From Eubacteriales bacterium (GTDB lineage Bacteria; Bacillota; Clostridia; Oscillospirales; CAG-272): 64,000 nucleotides of DNA. Below the pieces are notes generated by a model that saw nothing but the letters and a program-made list of their open reading frames with translations, ran no database searches and was not told where the DNA came from. The stretch covers positions 9,505-73,504 of the forward strand of contig JAZOOS010000026.1 in assembly GCA_045655185.1 (NCBI GenBank), written 5' to 3'. Position 1 is the stretch's first letter; each line of letters opens with the position of its first letter. This document shows positions 42,539 through 51,803 of this stretch, piece after piece. Made by a program: the position numbers and the translations under genes.

Positions 42539-43891
42539 TTATTTGATTCGCAATCCTTTCGGGTAGTGGTTTTTGGCGACCCCGTCGCTGACCTTCACCC
42601 CGCCCAGCGGCACGCCGCAGCAAAGAAGGGCGGCATACCCGCGGGCAAGCTCGGTCGGGACGGTTTCGCCACGCAGGTAAGCGGTCATCTCGGGGCTTTC
42701 CCACGAAAGATCCGACTTACGGTAAAAGCAAGAGCCGAGGGCGGAAAAGAGGTGGTGGTGCGGCAAAAAGACGCGCCCGCGCAGATTGCCGAGGCACACG
42801 CCGCTTCGTACCACGCCGCGCGGTGGCAGCGCGATCGCCGCGGGGGAAAGGATCTCTTCCCCGAGGGAGGCAAGCTCGCCCACCTTGTCGATCGGCAGCA
42901 TCTCGGAAAGCGCTTTTTGGATCTCGGCCTCGTCCTTCTTTGCGACGGCTCGGCGCGCGTCTTTATAGAGAAGACCGCCCACCCCACCCGCCGTGCGGCG
43001 AAAGAGGGCGATAAACTGCCCTTCGCCGGGGCTTTTGTGCGGATAAAAGCGGCGGCAGAGCGAAAGATCGACCTCGTCTGAAAGCGAAAGCCCGGGGGCG
43101 GTGACCGCCGAAACCGCCTCTTTTACGGGAATTAAAACAAAATCGGGGTGGGTCGCCAAAAACCACAGAACGTTCTCTTCGTTTTCTTCGGGCGCAAAGG
43201 TGCAGGTCGAATACAAAAGCTGCCCGCCCTCCGCTACGGTCTTTGCGGCGTAAGAAAGGATCATCCTCTGCCGTTCGGCGCAAAGGGTAACGTTCTCGGG
43301 GCTCCATTCGCTCTTTGCCTCGGGATATTTTCGGAACATGCCCTCGCCCGAGCAGGGGGCGTCTACCACCGTAAGATCGAAAAAGCGGTCGAAAAGCGAA
43401 GCAATCGCTTCGGGCCCCTCGTTCATCACCACCGTGTTGCAAAGCCCAAGCCGCTCAACGTTGCCGAGCAGGGTCAAGGCGCGTGAGCGTACGTATTCGT
43501 TGGAAACAAGCAGGCCGCCCGCGCCGATCTTTTCGGCCAGCTGCCCGCTTTTTCCGCCGGGGGAGGCGCAAAGATCAAGCGCGCGTATCCCTTCCTCTAC
43601 CGTCACCGCTTCGATCGCCGCCATGGCGGATGGGTCCTGCATATAATACATCCCCGCGTGGTGGTGCGGCAGATTTCCCGCCCTCGCCCCCTCGGGAATG
43701 AGGTAGCCCCCGTCGGCAAAGGGGAGCTTTTTTGGCGCAAAGGGGAGAAGCGAAAGCAGCCTATCGGGGGAGATCTTTTGTTGGTTCACCCGCAAGGCGT
43801 GGCGCGCGGGGGAATTCATCGTTTCGCAAAAATCGCTGTATTCTTCCCCTAAAATATCTTTCATTCGTAAAAGAAACTTTTCAATCATCAC
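42539..43891 (-). CDS. RsmB/RsmF (NOL1/NOP2/Sun) family rRNA m5C methyltransferase
   Basis: 450 aa. DLCASPGGKS, DAPCSGEGMFRK and LLYSTCTF motifs. Confidence 0.8.
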   Translation of the reverse strand: MMIEKFLLRMKDILGEEYSDFCETMNSPARHALRVNQQKISPDRLLSLLPFAPKKLPFADGGYLIPEGARAGNLPHHHAGMYYMQDPSAMAAIEAVTVEEGIRALDLCASPGGKSGQLAEKIGAGGLLVSNEYVRSRALTLLGNVERLGLCNTVVMNEGPEAIASLFDRFFDLTVVDAPCSGEGMFRKYPEAKSEWSPENVTLCAERQRMILSYAAKTVAEGGQLLYSTCTFAPEENEENVLWFLATHPDFVLIPVKEAVSAVTAPGLSLSDEVDLSLCRRFYPHKSPGEGQFIALFRRTAGGVGGLLYKDARRAVAKKDEAEIQKALSEMLPIDKVGELASLGEEILSPAAIALPPRGVVRSGVCLGNLRGRVFLPHHHLFSALGSCFYRKSDLSWESPEMTAYLRGETVPTELARGYAALLCCGVPLGGVKVSDGVAKNHYPKGLRIK

Positions 43892-44483
43892 GCTTCTCCT
43901 CTCGGATTGACGAAAGCGCCGCGCGGTATTCCTCCTCGCTGTAAACGAGGTTCAGGGCGCCAAGCAGGGCGTTCGGCGAAAGGTCGGGCGGCAGGGAAAG
44001 CGCACGGCAAAGTGCTTCGCGCAAAAGGGCGCTTCCCTCGCCCCCCAACAGCCCGTCGCCGTAAAGATCGGCCTTGGTAAGCGAAAGACCATTCCCCCTT
44101 TTTCCCTCGCCAAAGAACGGGCGAAGCAACGAAAGCAGGGTTTCGTTATCGGTGCCCTCGACCCCGAGGAGCCCGGCTTTTCCCGCCACTCTTTTGCGCT
44201 TTTCCTTCCCCGGTACCGCGGGGATATACAGATGAAACACCTTTTCCTTCGGCAAGCATTCGGATAGAAAGGATCGGATCTGGCGGCCGCCGCCGTCGCT
44301 GTCGGTCAGAACGATCACCCCGCCCCCCTCGGCGATCTTTCGCAAAAAAGCGATGCGATCCCCTCGGTTGAAAAGCGAAAAGCCGCCAAGCGGAATGACC
44401 TGCCCCGAAATAAGGCTGTCCAGCTTGACCTTGTCATATTTTCCCTCAACTAAGATCGGCAGGGAAACGGTTGGCTTTTCCAT
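43881..44483 (-). CDS. Toprim domain protein (RNase M5-like / DUF4093-type)
   Basis: ORF 43881..44513. Start MEKPTVSLPILVEGKYDKVKL... Also VIVLTDSDGGGRQIR (Toprim DxD). Confidence 0.65.
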   Translation of the reverse strand: MEKPTVSLPILVEGKYDKVKLDSLISGQVIPLGGFSLFNRGDRIAFLRKIAEGGGVIVLTDSDGGGRQIRSFLSECLPKEKVFHLYIPAVPGKEKRKRVAGKAGLLGVEGTDNETLLSLLRPFFGEGKRGNGLSLTKADLYGDGLLGGEGSALLREALCRALSLPPDLSPNALLGALNLVYSEEEYRAALSSIREEKRDD

Positions 44484-45166
44484 CAGGCTTTTCCTTTCTC
44501 CCCGCCTTGGCATAAGCCCGCTTCCTTAACGGGGCAGGTGTGACAGGCAGGATTTTTCGCGGTGCATACCTCCCGCCCGAAGAAGACCAGGCGGTGGCAA
44601 AAATCAGAAGAATTCATCCCCTCTAAAAGCGGCGTCAGGGTTCTTTCGGTCAAAAGCGGGTCGCGGCAGCCCTTCGGCGTAAAGCCGAGGCGCGACGAAA
44701 GGCGAATACAGTGCGTATCGGCAACGACGGCAGGGAGACCGAACAGATCCCCCCGTAAAAGATTGGCGATCTTACGTCCGACCCCCGGCAAAAGAAGCAG
44801 CTCGTCCATCTCTTGGGGAAGGATACCCCCAAAGCGCGTGCAAAGCATTTGGCAAGCGCCGATAAGATCCTTCGCCTTGGCGCGGTAAAGCCCGCATGAG
44901 CGGATATAGCCCTCGAGCTCTTCTTGCTCGGCCGATGCCATATCGGCGGCGGTGGGATAGCGCCGAAAAAGCGGCCCCGCCACGATATTCACGCGCGCGT
45001 CGGTGCATTGGGCGGAAAGCCGCCCCATCACCAAAAGGCGGTAGGGGTCGCCCTCGTACCGCAGCGCGCAGACCGCCTCGGGGTATAATTCTTCAAGAAG
45101 CGCAAACAGGCGCTTCATCTTCGCCTTTTTCTCGGGCGAAACTCTTTTTTTCTTGGCATTAGCCAT
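44483..45166 (-). CDS. nth: endonuclease III
   Basis: 227 aa. HhH-GPD (LLLLPGVGRKIANLL) and the C-terminal 4Fe-4S cluster loop CTAKNPACHTCPVKEAGLC. Confidence 0.85.
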   Translation of the reverse strand: MANAKKKRVSPEKKAKMKRLFALLEELYPEAVCALRYEGDPYRLLVMGRLSAQCTDARVNIVAGPLFRRYPTAADMASAEQEELEGYIRSCGLYRAKAKDLIGACQMLCTRFGGILPQEMDELLLLPGVGRKIANLLRGDLFGLPAVVADTHCIRLSSRLGFTPKGCRDPLLTERTLTPLLEGMNSSDFCHRLVFFGREVCTAKNPACHTCPVKEAGLCQGGEKGKA

Positions 45167-45776
45167 TTGTAACCTCGCATAAAAGCTTATCTAACAGGCG
45201 GGTGGGAAGCCCCACGACGTTATCGTACGCCCCCTCGATCGAAAGAACCAGTGCGCCGCCAAGGCCTTGGATGCCATAGGCGCCCGCTTTATCCATCGGC
45301 TCGCCGGTCTTTACGTACGCAAGCGCTTCTTCCCGACAAAAGGCGCGGAAGGTAACGGCGGTGGTATCGGTGGCGCTCAAAAGGCGGTCGCCGCAAAGCA
45401 CCGCGACCCCCGTGTGCACGAAATGCGTCTTGCCCGAAAGTGAAAGAAGCATCGCAAGCGCGTCTTCTTCATCCTTCGGCTTGCCAAGCGCCACCCCCAG
45501 AAGATCCACCACCGTATCGGCGGCGATCAAAACGCCGTTGGGGGGCAGAAGGGCGCGCCCCGCCTCGGCCTTTCTTCTTGCGATCGTAAGCGCCCCCTCA
45601 CAAGGGGGAACGGCGGCAGAAAGGCTTTCGTCAATATCGGTGGGGCACACCGAAAAGGATAGCCCCATTTCAAGGCACAGCTCGCGGCGGCGGGGCGAAG
45701 CCGAGGCCAAAAGGATCGGTCGCTCACCCGCCGAAAAGGCGTAGGGGGCACGGTCTTGCTCTTTTAAAAAGCTCAT
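45159..45776 (-). CDS. maf: Maf family nucleoside triphosphate pyrophosphatase
   Basis: 205 aa. ILLASASPRRRELCLEMGLSF...DIDE, ...DTVV..., and AGAYGIQG. Confidence 0.85.
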   Translation of the reverse strand: MSFLKEQDRAPYAFSAGERPILLASASPRRRELCLEMGLSFSVCPTDIDESLSAAVPPCEGALTIARRKAEAGRALLPPNGVLIAADTVVDLLGVALGKPKDEEDALAMLLSLSGKTHFVHTGVAVLCGDRLLSATDTTAVTFRAFCREEALAYVKTGEPMDKAGAYGIQGLGGALVLSIEGAYDNVVGLPTRLLDKLLCEVTNG

Positions 45777-45777
45777 C

Positions 45778-47793
45778 TTATTTTCCGATGCGGCGTACGG
45801 CGCCGGGAAGGGGTAAGCCCCGCTTGGCCGCCGTCAGAACCGCCTCGCACTCTCTTTCGTTTTCAATCGTAAATAAATAATGCTCGTATAGAATCCCCGC
45901 CGATAAAAGCGCCTCGGGCTTGTCGCCCATATAGGTGGGAACGCTGTTAAGGATATAGTTGCGGTGGGGATAGACCCGCATCATGGGAAAATCCACGCGG
46001 CGGCGGTCGGTAAGCGTTGCTTCGTTGCATGTTTGGCACCCGCCGTTTTCACGGATAAAGCAGCGCTCGGTCACCATTAAGGGGATGCGCCCGTAGGTCA
46101 GGACCCGCCCTGCGTTCATCGCGCCGATCGCGCCAAGCCCCATCTCGGGCGAGAGGATCGCATCCTGCGCCCCCGCCGCCCTCACCTCGGCAAGGCTTTC
46201 GCGGTTGGTGATATTCAGGCGAAAATCGCCGATCGGGATAAGCCCCGCCTCCTTGGCAAGGCTGATCGCCCCCATTTGCGGGCAAAGGGCGTATTTCACC
46301 CCTCTATTTTTCGCTTCTTGTAAAGCTTCCTTTACTAAGTCAAGCTCGCTCGGCATAAAGACGGGCGGCAGGGCGACCCCTTGCGGTGTGGGAAGGGCAT
46401 CAAATCCCTCGGTAAGAAGCGGGTAGAAGATCGCGTCAAAAAGCCCCGAGACCCTTATTGCCTTGATTTGCTGCGGGCGGTGGCAAAGCGCCGTTCGGCG
46501 GGGCAGCTCACCCTCTTTTACAAGAGGCGTTTTTTCATAAAGCGGCTCCTTTTGCGTCGGTCGTTTCGCGTCGCAAAAGGCCTCGACCGCGCGGCGGCGT
46601 AGGGCGTTCAGCGCCCCCATCGGCAGAAACAGCCCATCTTCAAGCGTGAGCGAAAGGTCGGCTTCGGCAAGAGAAAGGAAGCTTCCCCCCATTTTGCAAA
46701 GCTGCTTTTTAACCGTTTCCTCGGTCAGCGGCGCGCCGGTGGCCAAGAGCGGGGTATCCCCCGTAACGGTCACGCTTTTCCCGCCTTTGAGAAGCGTAAG
46801 CGTGGCGGGCTTGTCCTTTTGGATCACGGCTTTTCCCTCAACCGAAAGGCGGGCGGGAAGAAAGGGGGTCTCGTTTTCTGTCGCGCGGCTTCTTTCCTTA
46901 TCCGCCTCGCTGCGCGTACCGGTCATTCTTTGGCGAAGGTTGCCTGTATAATATCCGTCGGTAAACCCACCGCGGGAAAATAGGTCGGCAAGCCTCTTTT
47001 TTTCTTCCGCATTCGCCGCGCGCCCCTCGTCAAGAAGGCGGCGGTAGATCGAGGTCACGCCGTATACGTACGAGGGGGATTTCATCCGCCCCTCGATCTT
47101 TAAGGACGCAACCCCCGATGCGATCAGCGAGGGGATGTGGTCGGCAAGCGAAAGATCCTTAAGGCTTAAGGGATAGCCCCCGTTGTAGGGCAGGCGGCAG
47201 GGCTGGGCGCACTCACCGCGGTTGCCGCTTCGCCCGCCGACGAGCGAGGAAAAGAGGCACTCTCCCGAATGGCAAACGCACAAAGCGCCGTGCAAAAAGA
47301 CCTCGACCTCGCTTTTCGACGTATCGACGAGCGTACGGATATCGGAAAGCGACATTTCACGTGCCGCTACCACCCTTGTTGCCCCCCGCCCGAAATAAAA
47401 ATCGGCGGTTTCTTGGTTATGAACGAAGGACTGGGTCGATGCGTGGACAGGTAGATCGGGCAGATGCTTTTGAAGCAGCTTCATCACGCCAAGATCGGCT
47501 ACGATCACAGCGTCCGCCCCCGTGTCGCGTACGGTTTTGGCGTAGGCAAGAAGCTCGGGCAGCTCTTTATCGTAAACGAGGGTGTTAAGCGTGACGTATA
47601 CCTTTACGCCGAAAAGATGCGCGTAAGAAACCGCCGCGGCCAATTCTTCGTCGCCAAAATTCTTGGCGTACGCGCGGGCGTTAAAGCGACCGCCGAGATA
47701 GACGGCGTCTGCCCCGCCGGCAACCGCGGCGTATAAGGCCTCGACCCCGCCCGCGGGCGCCAAAAGCTCGGGCAGTGCGGTGCTTCTTTTCAT
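45778..47793 (-). CDS. peptidase U32 family protein
   Basis: ORF 45778..47952. Start MKRSTALPELLAPAGG after AGGAGGGG. U32 signature EVFLHGALCVCHSGEC. Confidence 0.8.
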   Translation of the reverse strand: MKRSTALPELLAPAGGVEALYAAVAGGADAVYLGGRFNARAYAKNFGDEELAAAVSYAHLFGVKVYVTLNTLVYDKELPELLAYAKTVRDTGADAVIVADLGVMKLLQKHLPDLPVHASTQSFVHNQETADFYFGRGATRVVAAREMSLSDIRTLVDTSKSEVEVFLHGALCVCHSGECLFSSLVGGRSGNRGECAQPCRLPYNGGYPLSLKDLSLADHIPSLIASGVASLKIEGRMKSPSYVYGVTSIYRRLLDEGRAANAEEKKRLADLFSRGGFTDGYYTGNLRQRMTGTRSEADKERSRATENETPFLPARLSVEGKAVIQKDKPATLTLLKGGKSVTVTGDTPLLATGAPLTEETVKKQLCKMGGSFLSLAEADLSLTLEDGLFLPMGALNALRRRAVEAFCDAKRPTQKEPLYEKTPLVKEGELPRRTALCHRPQQIKAIRVSGLFDAIFYPLLTEGFDALPTPQGVALPPVFMPSELDLVKEALQEAKNRGVKYALCPQMGAISLAKEAGLIPIGDFRLNITNRESLAEVRAAGAQDAILSPEMGLGAIGAMNAGRVLTYGRIPLMVTERCFIRENGGCQTCNEATLTDRRRVDFPMMRVYPHRNYILNSVPTYMGDKPEALLSAGILYEHYLFTIENERECEAVLTAAKRGLPLPGAVRRIGK

Positions 47794-47950
47794 AGACCCC
47801 TCCTTGACTTTCTTTTGCGCTTGACTTTTTCGCGCGTTTTTTGTACAATATTCTTGTCGCGCATGGGATTTTGCGCAACCCATCTTTATTATATTATAAA
47901 TCGAAGCAAAAGAAAAGAGAAAAGTGAAAACTTTTCGCAAGGAGAAGCGC

Positions 47951-48487
47951 ATGATGGAAGAAGAAAGCTTTAACGGCGCGCAGTACGGCGTTGAAAAGAA
48001 GGCAGAGGGGAAAAACCTCTTGCTTCGCCGCCTCGTGCTTTTCGGTATGCTTGCCTTTTCGGTCGGCTATATCCTTTTGTTTACCGTGGTGTTGGCGATG
48101 CCGATGGTTATTGCGATCCTACCGGTCGCTTGGCTGATCTTTTATCCCTTCTTTATGCGGTTTCTTACTTACGACTGCGAATACCGCTTAGAGCATGGCG
48201 AGCTGTTTTTTGAAAAGCTTTATAAAAACAAAAAGCGCAAAAGGCTCTTTTCGGTGATCATTAAGGAAACCGAGCGGATCGCGCCGCTTACAAGGAGCTT
48301 GTCCTTCGGTAACTACGATAAGGTTATCGATATGCGCGGCAGTGTGAAGAGCCCCGATTCGTATTTTCTTACCTACCGCAAGGACGGTAAGCGTATCGCC
48401 GTTTGCTTTGAGGCGACCGCGAAAATGGTACGCCTTATGTCGCATTATAACCCGAACACCGTCGTATCAAAGGAGTTGCGGTATTGA
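47951..48487 (+). CDS. hypothetical 2-TM membrane protein
   Basis: ORF 47924..48487. ATG at 47951 after AAGGAG. Start overlaps dus by ATGA-like coupling at the 3' end. Confidence 0.5.
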   Translation: MMEEESFNGAQYGVEKKAEGKNLLLRRLVLFGMLAFSVGYILLFTVVLAMPMVIAILPVAWLIFYPFFMRFLTYDCEYRLEHGELFFEKLYKNKKRKRLFSVIIKETERIAPLTRSLSFGNYDKVIDMRGSVKSPDSYFLTYRKDGKRIAVCFEATAKMVRLMSHYNPNTVVSKELRY

Positions 48488-49458
48488 ATAAGAAAAAAGA
48501 TTTTCCGCGCCTTTGGCTCTCACCGATGGCGGGATACAGCGATGCGGCGATGCGCCGTGTTTGCTTCTCCTTGGGGCTGGAAGGCGCCGTCAGCGAGATG
48601 ATCTCCGCCAAGGCGGTGGTCTACCGCGATAAGAAGACGGTGGCGCTCGGTCGCCTTTTTCCCGACGAGGGGCCGGTCTTTATCCAGCTTTTCGGCAGCG
48701 AGCCAAGCATTATGGCCGAGGCGGCTTCTATGATCGCCGAAGGCTATTGCGGCGATATTCTGCCCGCCGGCATTGATGTTAATATGGGCTGCCCCGTCCC
48801 GAAGATCACGGGGAACGGCGAGGGGAGCGCGCTGATGAAGAGCCCCGCGCTTTGCTACGGTATTATCCGCGAAATGCGGGCGGCTCTTCCCCCCGAGATG
48901 CCGCTTTCGTGCAAATTCCGCGTGGGCTGGGACGAGGGGCAAAAAAATGCCGTTGAGGTGGCCAAGGCCGCCGAAGAGGGGGGCGCCGACCTTCTCTTTA
49001 TGCACGGAAGGACCAAGGCCGCCATGTACGCAGGGGAAGCCGATTGGGAAAGCATCGGTAAGGTTGCCGAGGCGGTTTCGACCCCCTTGATCGGAAACGG
49101 GGATATCACAAGCGCCGAGATCGCCAAAAGCCGCATGGAAAGCTACGGCGTATACGGCGTAATGGTTGGGCGCGGCGCCATCGGGAATCCCTTTTTGTTC
49201 CGCGAGATCAAAGCCCTTTTAGAGGGGAAAAGCGCCCCGCTGCCAAGCATTGAGGAACGGGTAAAAACCGCCCTATGGCAGCTCTCTCTTTCGGTTGAGG
49301 AAAAGGGGGAAGCGGTCGCCGTGCGCGAATGCCGTAAGCAGATCGCCACCTACCTTGCGGGGCTCTCCCGCGTTGCCGCCGCCCGCGCCGCCATCAACGC
49401 ATCCTGCACCTATCTTGAGATCCAAGCGATCCTTGAGGGCTTTTTGCCAAGCAAATAA
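48484..49458 (+). CDS. tRNA-dihydrouridine synthase
   Basis: 324 aa. LSPMAGYSD, DVNMGCPVPKI (catalytic Cys) and MHGRT. Confidence 0.85.
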   Translation: MNKKKDFPRLWLSPMAGYSDAAMRRVCFSLGLEGAVSEMISAKAVVYRDKKTVALGRLFPDEGPVFIQLFGSEPSIMAEAASMIAEGYCGDILPAGIDVNMGCPVPKITGNGEGSALMKSPALCYGIIREMRAALPPEMPLSCKFRVGWDEGQKNAVEVAKAAEEGGADLLFMHGRTKAAMYAGEADWESIGKVAEAVSTPLIGNGDITSAEIAKSRMESYGVYGVMVGRGAIGNPFLFREIKALLEGKSAPLPSIEERVKTALWQLSLSVEEKGEAVAVRECRKQIATYLAGLSRVAAARAAINASCTYLEIQAILEGFLPSK

Positions 49459-49473
49459 AAAGAGCAGAACCGT

Positions 49474-49675
49474 AGCGTGATACTCCAAGCGGAGTATTCA
49501 CGCTACAACTATGATTGCCCTTACGGGCAAGTTATGAGTTATGAGATGCTTCGTATCGTTATGATTGGCTTCGCCAAGTTTTAGGTTACAAAGGCAATCA
49601 TATCATAACGCTTGCCGTGCAAGCTCATAACGGGGAGCGAAGCGAACCTCATAACTCTAAACTAAACGAACAGAA
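49474..49675. repeat. comb array (word GTTATGA / TCATAAC) flanked by a duplicated terminator left arm
   Basis: Begins GTAGCGTGATACTCC-AAGC-GGAGTATTCACGCTAC. Then TGCCC-TTAC-GGGCA+AGTTATGAGTTATGAG, TGGC-TTC-GCCA, GCTTGC-CGT-GCAAGC+TCATAAC, ...TCATAACTCTAAACT. Flanked by AAAAAGAGCAGAACCGT at 49457-49473 and within 49674-49691. Confidence 0.8.
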
Positions 49676-49709
49676 AAAAGAGCAGAACCGTGTGTTCTGC
49701 TCTTTTTTT
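49674..49709. terminator. terminator palindrome family member
   Basis: AAAAAAGAGCAGAAC-CGTGT-GTTCTGCTCTTTTTTT. Confidence 0.7.
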
Positions 49710-49726
49710 CGGCCGAGCGATCGCCC

Positions 49727-50056
49727 CTACGGGCAAAGAACCACCTCGCATGGCTTACCGATACGCTCAGCATAGCGTATGACCGAAAGCGTCCCTTTTG
49801 AACTGCCGTCCCAAAAAGCCACGATCTTATCGGCATAATCAACGATCTCATAATTTCGCTTAATCGGCGCTGCCCGACCGTATCTCTTGTATTCGGGCAA
49901 AAATACGGTAAGTGCTAACCCCTTTTCTTTCGCATACAAAGCGGCACAAGTATCTATCCCCGAAGCACCCCCTGAAACGATCTCATCTCCCGCCAAAACG
50001 CATGGCGACAAATCACGTATCTGCAAATTTCTTGACCCAATGATTGCTATTTTCAT
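49727..50056 (-). CDS. SLOG superfamily protein, DUF2493-like
   Basis: 109 aa. MKIAIIGSRN...IVSGGASGIDTCAALYAKEKG...KIVAFWDGSSKGT. Confidence 0.65.
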   Translation of the reverse strand: MKIAIIGSRNLQIRDLSPCVLAGDEIVSGGASGIDTCAALYAKEKGLALTVFLPEYKRYGRAAPIKRNYEIVDYADKIVAFWDGSSKGTLSVIRYAERIGKPCEVVLCP

Positions 50057-50159
50057 AATCTCCTCCCCAATTTCGTGTACTTAAATTAAGTATACTTACA
50101 ACATTATACCACAAAATAATCTTAAAATATACTTAAAATAAGTTTTTGTGGAGAATTTT

Positions 50160-50351
50160 ATGAGAGATAAAAGAAATAAGCATCTTGGTATTGAGATTGA
50201 TCCTGTTCTTCATTATAAGCTTCACTACATTTCGAAATATTACGGCCGTTCGGCCAACGGAGAGATCCTTTATTTAATACGTCAGGAGATACGCGCCTTT
50301 GAAAAGGCCGAAGGGGAGATCGCGGTGCCCGATATGGGAGAAGGCCAATAA
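50160..50351 (+). CDS. Arc/CopG-type ribbon-helix-helix protein
   Basis: ORF 50148..50351. ATG at 50160 after GGAG. HLGIEIDPVLHYKLHYISKYYGRSANGEILYLIRQEIRAFEK aligns with the RHH at 38541..38741. Confidence 0.65.
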   Translation: MRDKRNKHLGIEIDPVLHYKLHYISKYYGRSANGEILYLIRQEIRAFEKAEGEIAVPDMGEGQ

Positions 50352-50359
50352 GCAATAAG

Positions 50360-50392
50360 AAAAAAGAGCAGAAACTCGGTTCTGCTCTTTTT
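50360..50392. terminator. terminator palindrome family member
   Basis: AAAAAAGAGCAGAA-ACTCGG-TTCTGCTCTTTTT. Confidence 0.7.
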
Positions 50393-50396
50393 GTTT

Positions 50397-50780
50397 TTAT
50401 TTTTTTGTCAATTGCTTATAAAAAGCATACGCATTCAGCCCGCTTACGATGAGGCATACGCCGGTCAGACAAAGGCAGACGATGCTCTTTACGGGGACAT
50501 TGACCGTATAAAGCCCGAAGTTGCCGAGGATCTTATAAAGAAGGATCGGCAGATAAAGGGCCAAAAGGAGATATTCCCGCTTGTAGTAGGGAAAGGTCGT
50601 CGCCCCCGCTTTTTTAAACAGCTTTTTGCTGAGGATAAACAGCACAACGCCGCCGTGCATCAGAAGAAGCACGAGGAAGAAAAGCGGAAAGCTGACGAAC
50701 TGCAAAAGGCAGATGAAGCCGAAGGTGCAAAGAATGGCGAGAAGAAAGAGGATATACGCCCGCTTGTATTCTTTTTGCAT
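50397..50780 (-). CDS. hypothetical 4-TM membrane protein (last gene of the ABC operon)
   Basis: 127 aa, hydrophobic. Its start lies 4 nt after the upstream ATPase stop. Confidence 0.5.
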   Translation of the reverse strand: MQKEYKRAYILFLLAILCTFGFICLLQFVSFPLFFLVLLLMHGGVVLFILSKKLFKKAGATTFPYYKREYLLLALYLPILLYKILGNFGLYTVNVPVKSIVCLCLTGVCLIVSGLNAYAFYKQLTKK

Positions 50781-50783
50781 GGC

Positions 50784-51803
50784 TTACCCTTCCTTTTTCA
50801 CAAGGTGGCAGGCAACGTAATGCCCCTCTTCGACCTCAATCGTCTCAGGCTTTACCGTAAAGCACTTCTCGGTCGCCTTCGGGCAACGCTGGCAGAAGCG
50901 GCAGCCCTTCGGGGGATCGATGGGGCTTGGGATATCGCCTTCGAGATGGATGCGCTCGCGCTTGTTATCCACGTCCACGTCAAGCACCGCCGAAAGCAGG
51001 GCCTGTGTATAGGGATGAAGCGGGTTCTTGTAGATAAGCTCGGTCTTGCCGCTTTCCATCATCTTTCCAAGATACATAACCGTCATATGCGTGCAGACGG
51101 TTTTAACGACCGCTAAGTTATGCGAGATGAAAAGATAGGTCATCCCGATCTCCTTTTGCAGGCGCATCAGAAGATTAAGGATCTGCGCGTGAACCGAAAC
51201 GTCCAGCGCCGATACCGGCTCATCACATACCAAAAAGTCGGGGTTTAAGATGATCGCGCGGGCAATGCCGATACGCTGGCGCTGACCGCCCGAGAAATCC
51301 GAGGGGTGGCGGTGCAGGTCTCTTTCGGAAAGACCGACGAGCTTCAAAAGCTCAACAACGCGCGCTTCGACCTCTTCTTCGGTATAGCCGCCGCGAATAC
51401 GCATCGGCTCGCCAATGATTCTTGACACGTCCCAACGGGGATTGAGCGACGAATAGGGATCCTGAAAGACCATCTGCATCGAACGGCGAAGCTCGTTAAA
51501 CTCGCCCTTCTTTACGCCGAAAAGATCTTTTCCCTTGAAATAGACGGTACCGTTCGTCGGGGATACCATGCCGAGCATCGCGTTGGCAAGCGTCGATTTA
51601 CCGCATCCCGATTCACCGACAAGACCGTAGGTCTCGCCGGGGTAGATCGAAAGCGTCATATCCGAAACTGCTTTAACCGATTTCTTCTTGGCAAAGGGCA
51701 TGCCGCCGGTCACGGGGAAATGTACCGAAAGGTTCTTGACCTCAACGAGGGGCTTTTTCTCCTCGGCCACCCCGGCGGTCACGGTCTTTTCACTCTCGTT
51801 CAT
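50784..51803 (-). CDS. oligopeptide/dipeptide ABC transporter ATP-binding protein (OppF/DppF-like)
   Basis: 339 aa. Walker A GESGCGKS, signature FSGGQRQR, Walker B FLVCDEPVSALD, and the C-terminal oligopeptide-type extension (PPKGCRFCQRCP). Confidence 0.85.
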   Translation of the reverse strand: MNESEKTVTAGVAEEKKPLVEVKNLSVHFPVTGGMPFAKKKSVKAVSDMTLSIYPGETYGLVGESGCGKSTLANAMLGMVSPTNGTVYFKGKDLFGVKKGEFNELRRSMQMVFQDPYSSLNPRWDVSRIIGEPMRIRGGYTEEEVEARVVELLKLVGLSERDLHRHPSDFSGGQRQRIGIARAIILNPDFLVCDEPVSALDVSVHAQILNLLMRLQKEIGMTYLFISHNLAVVKTVCTHMTVMYLGKMMESGKTELIYKNPLHPYTQALLSAVLDVDVDNKRERIHLEGDIPSPIDPPKGCRFCQRCPKATEKCFTVKPETIEVEEGHYVACHLVKKEG

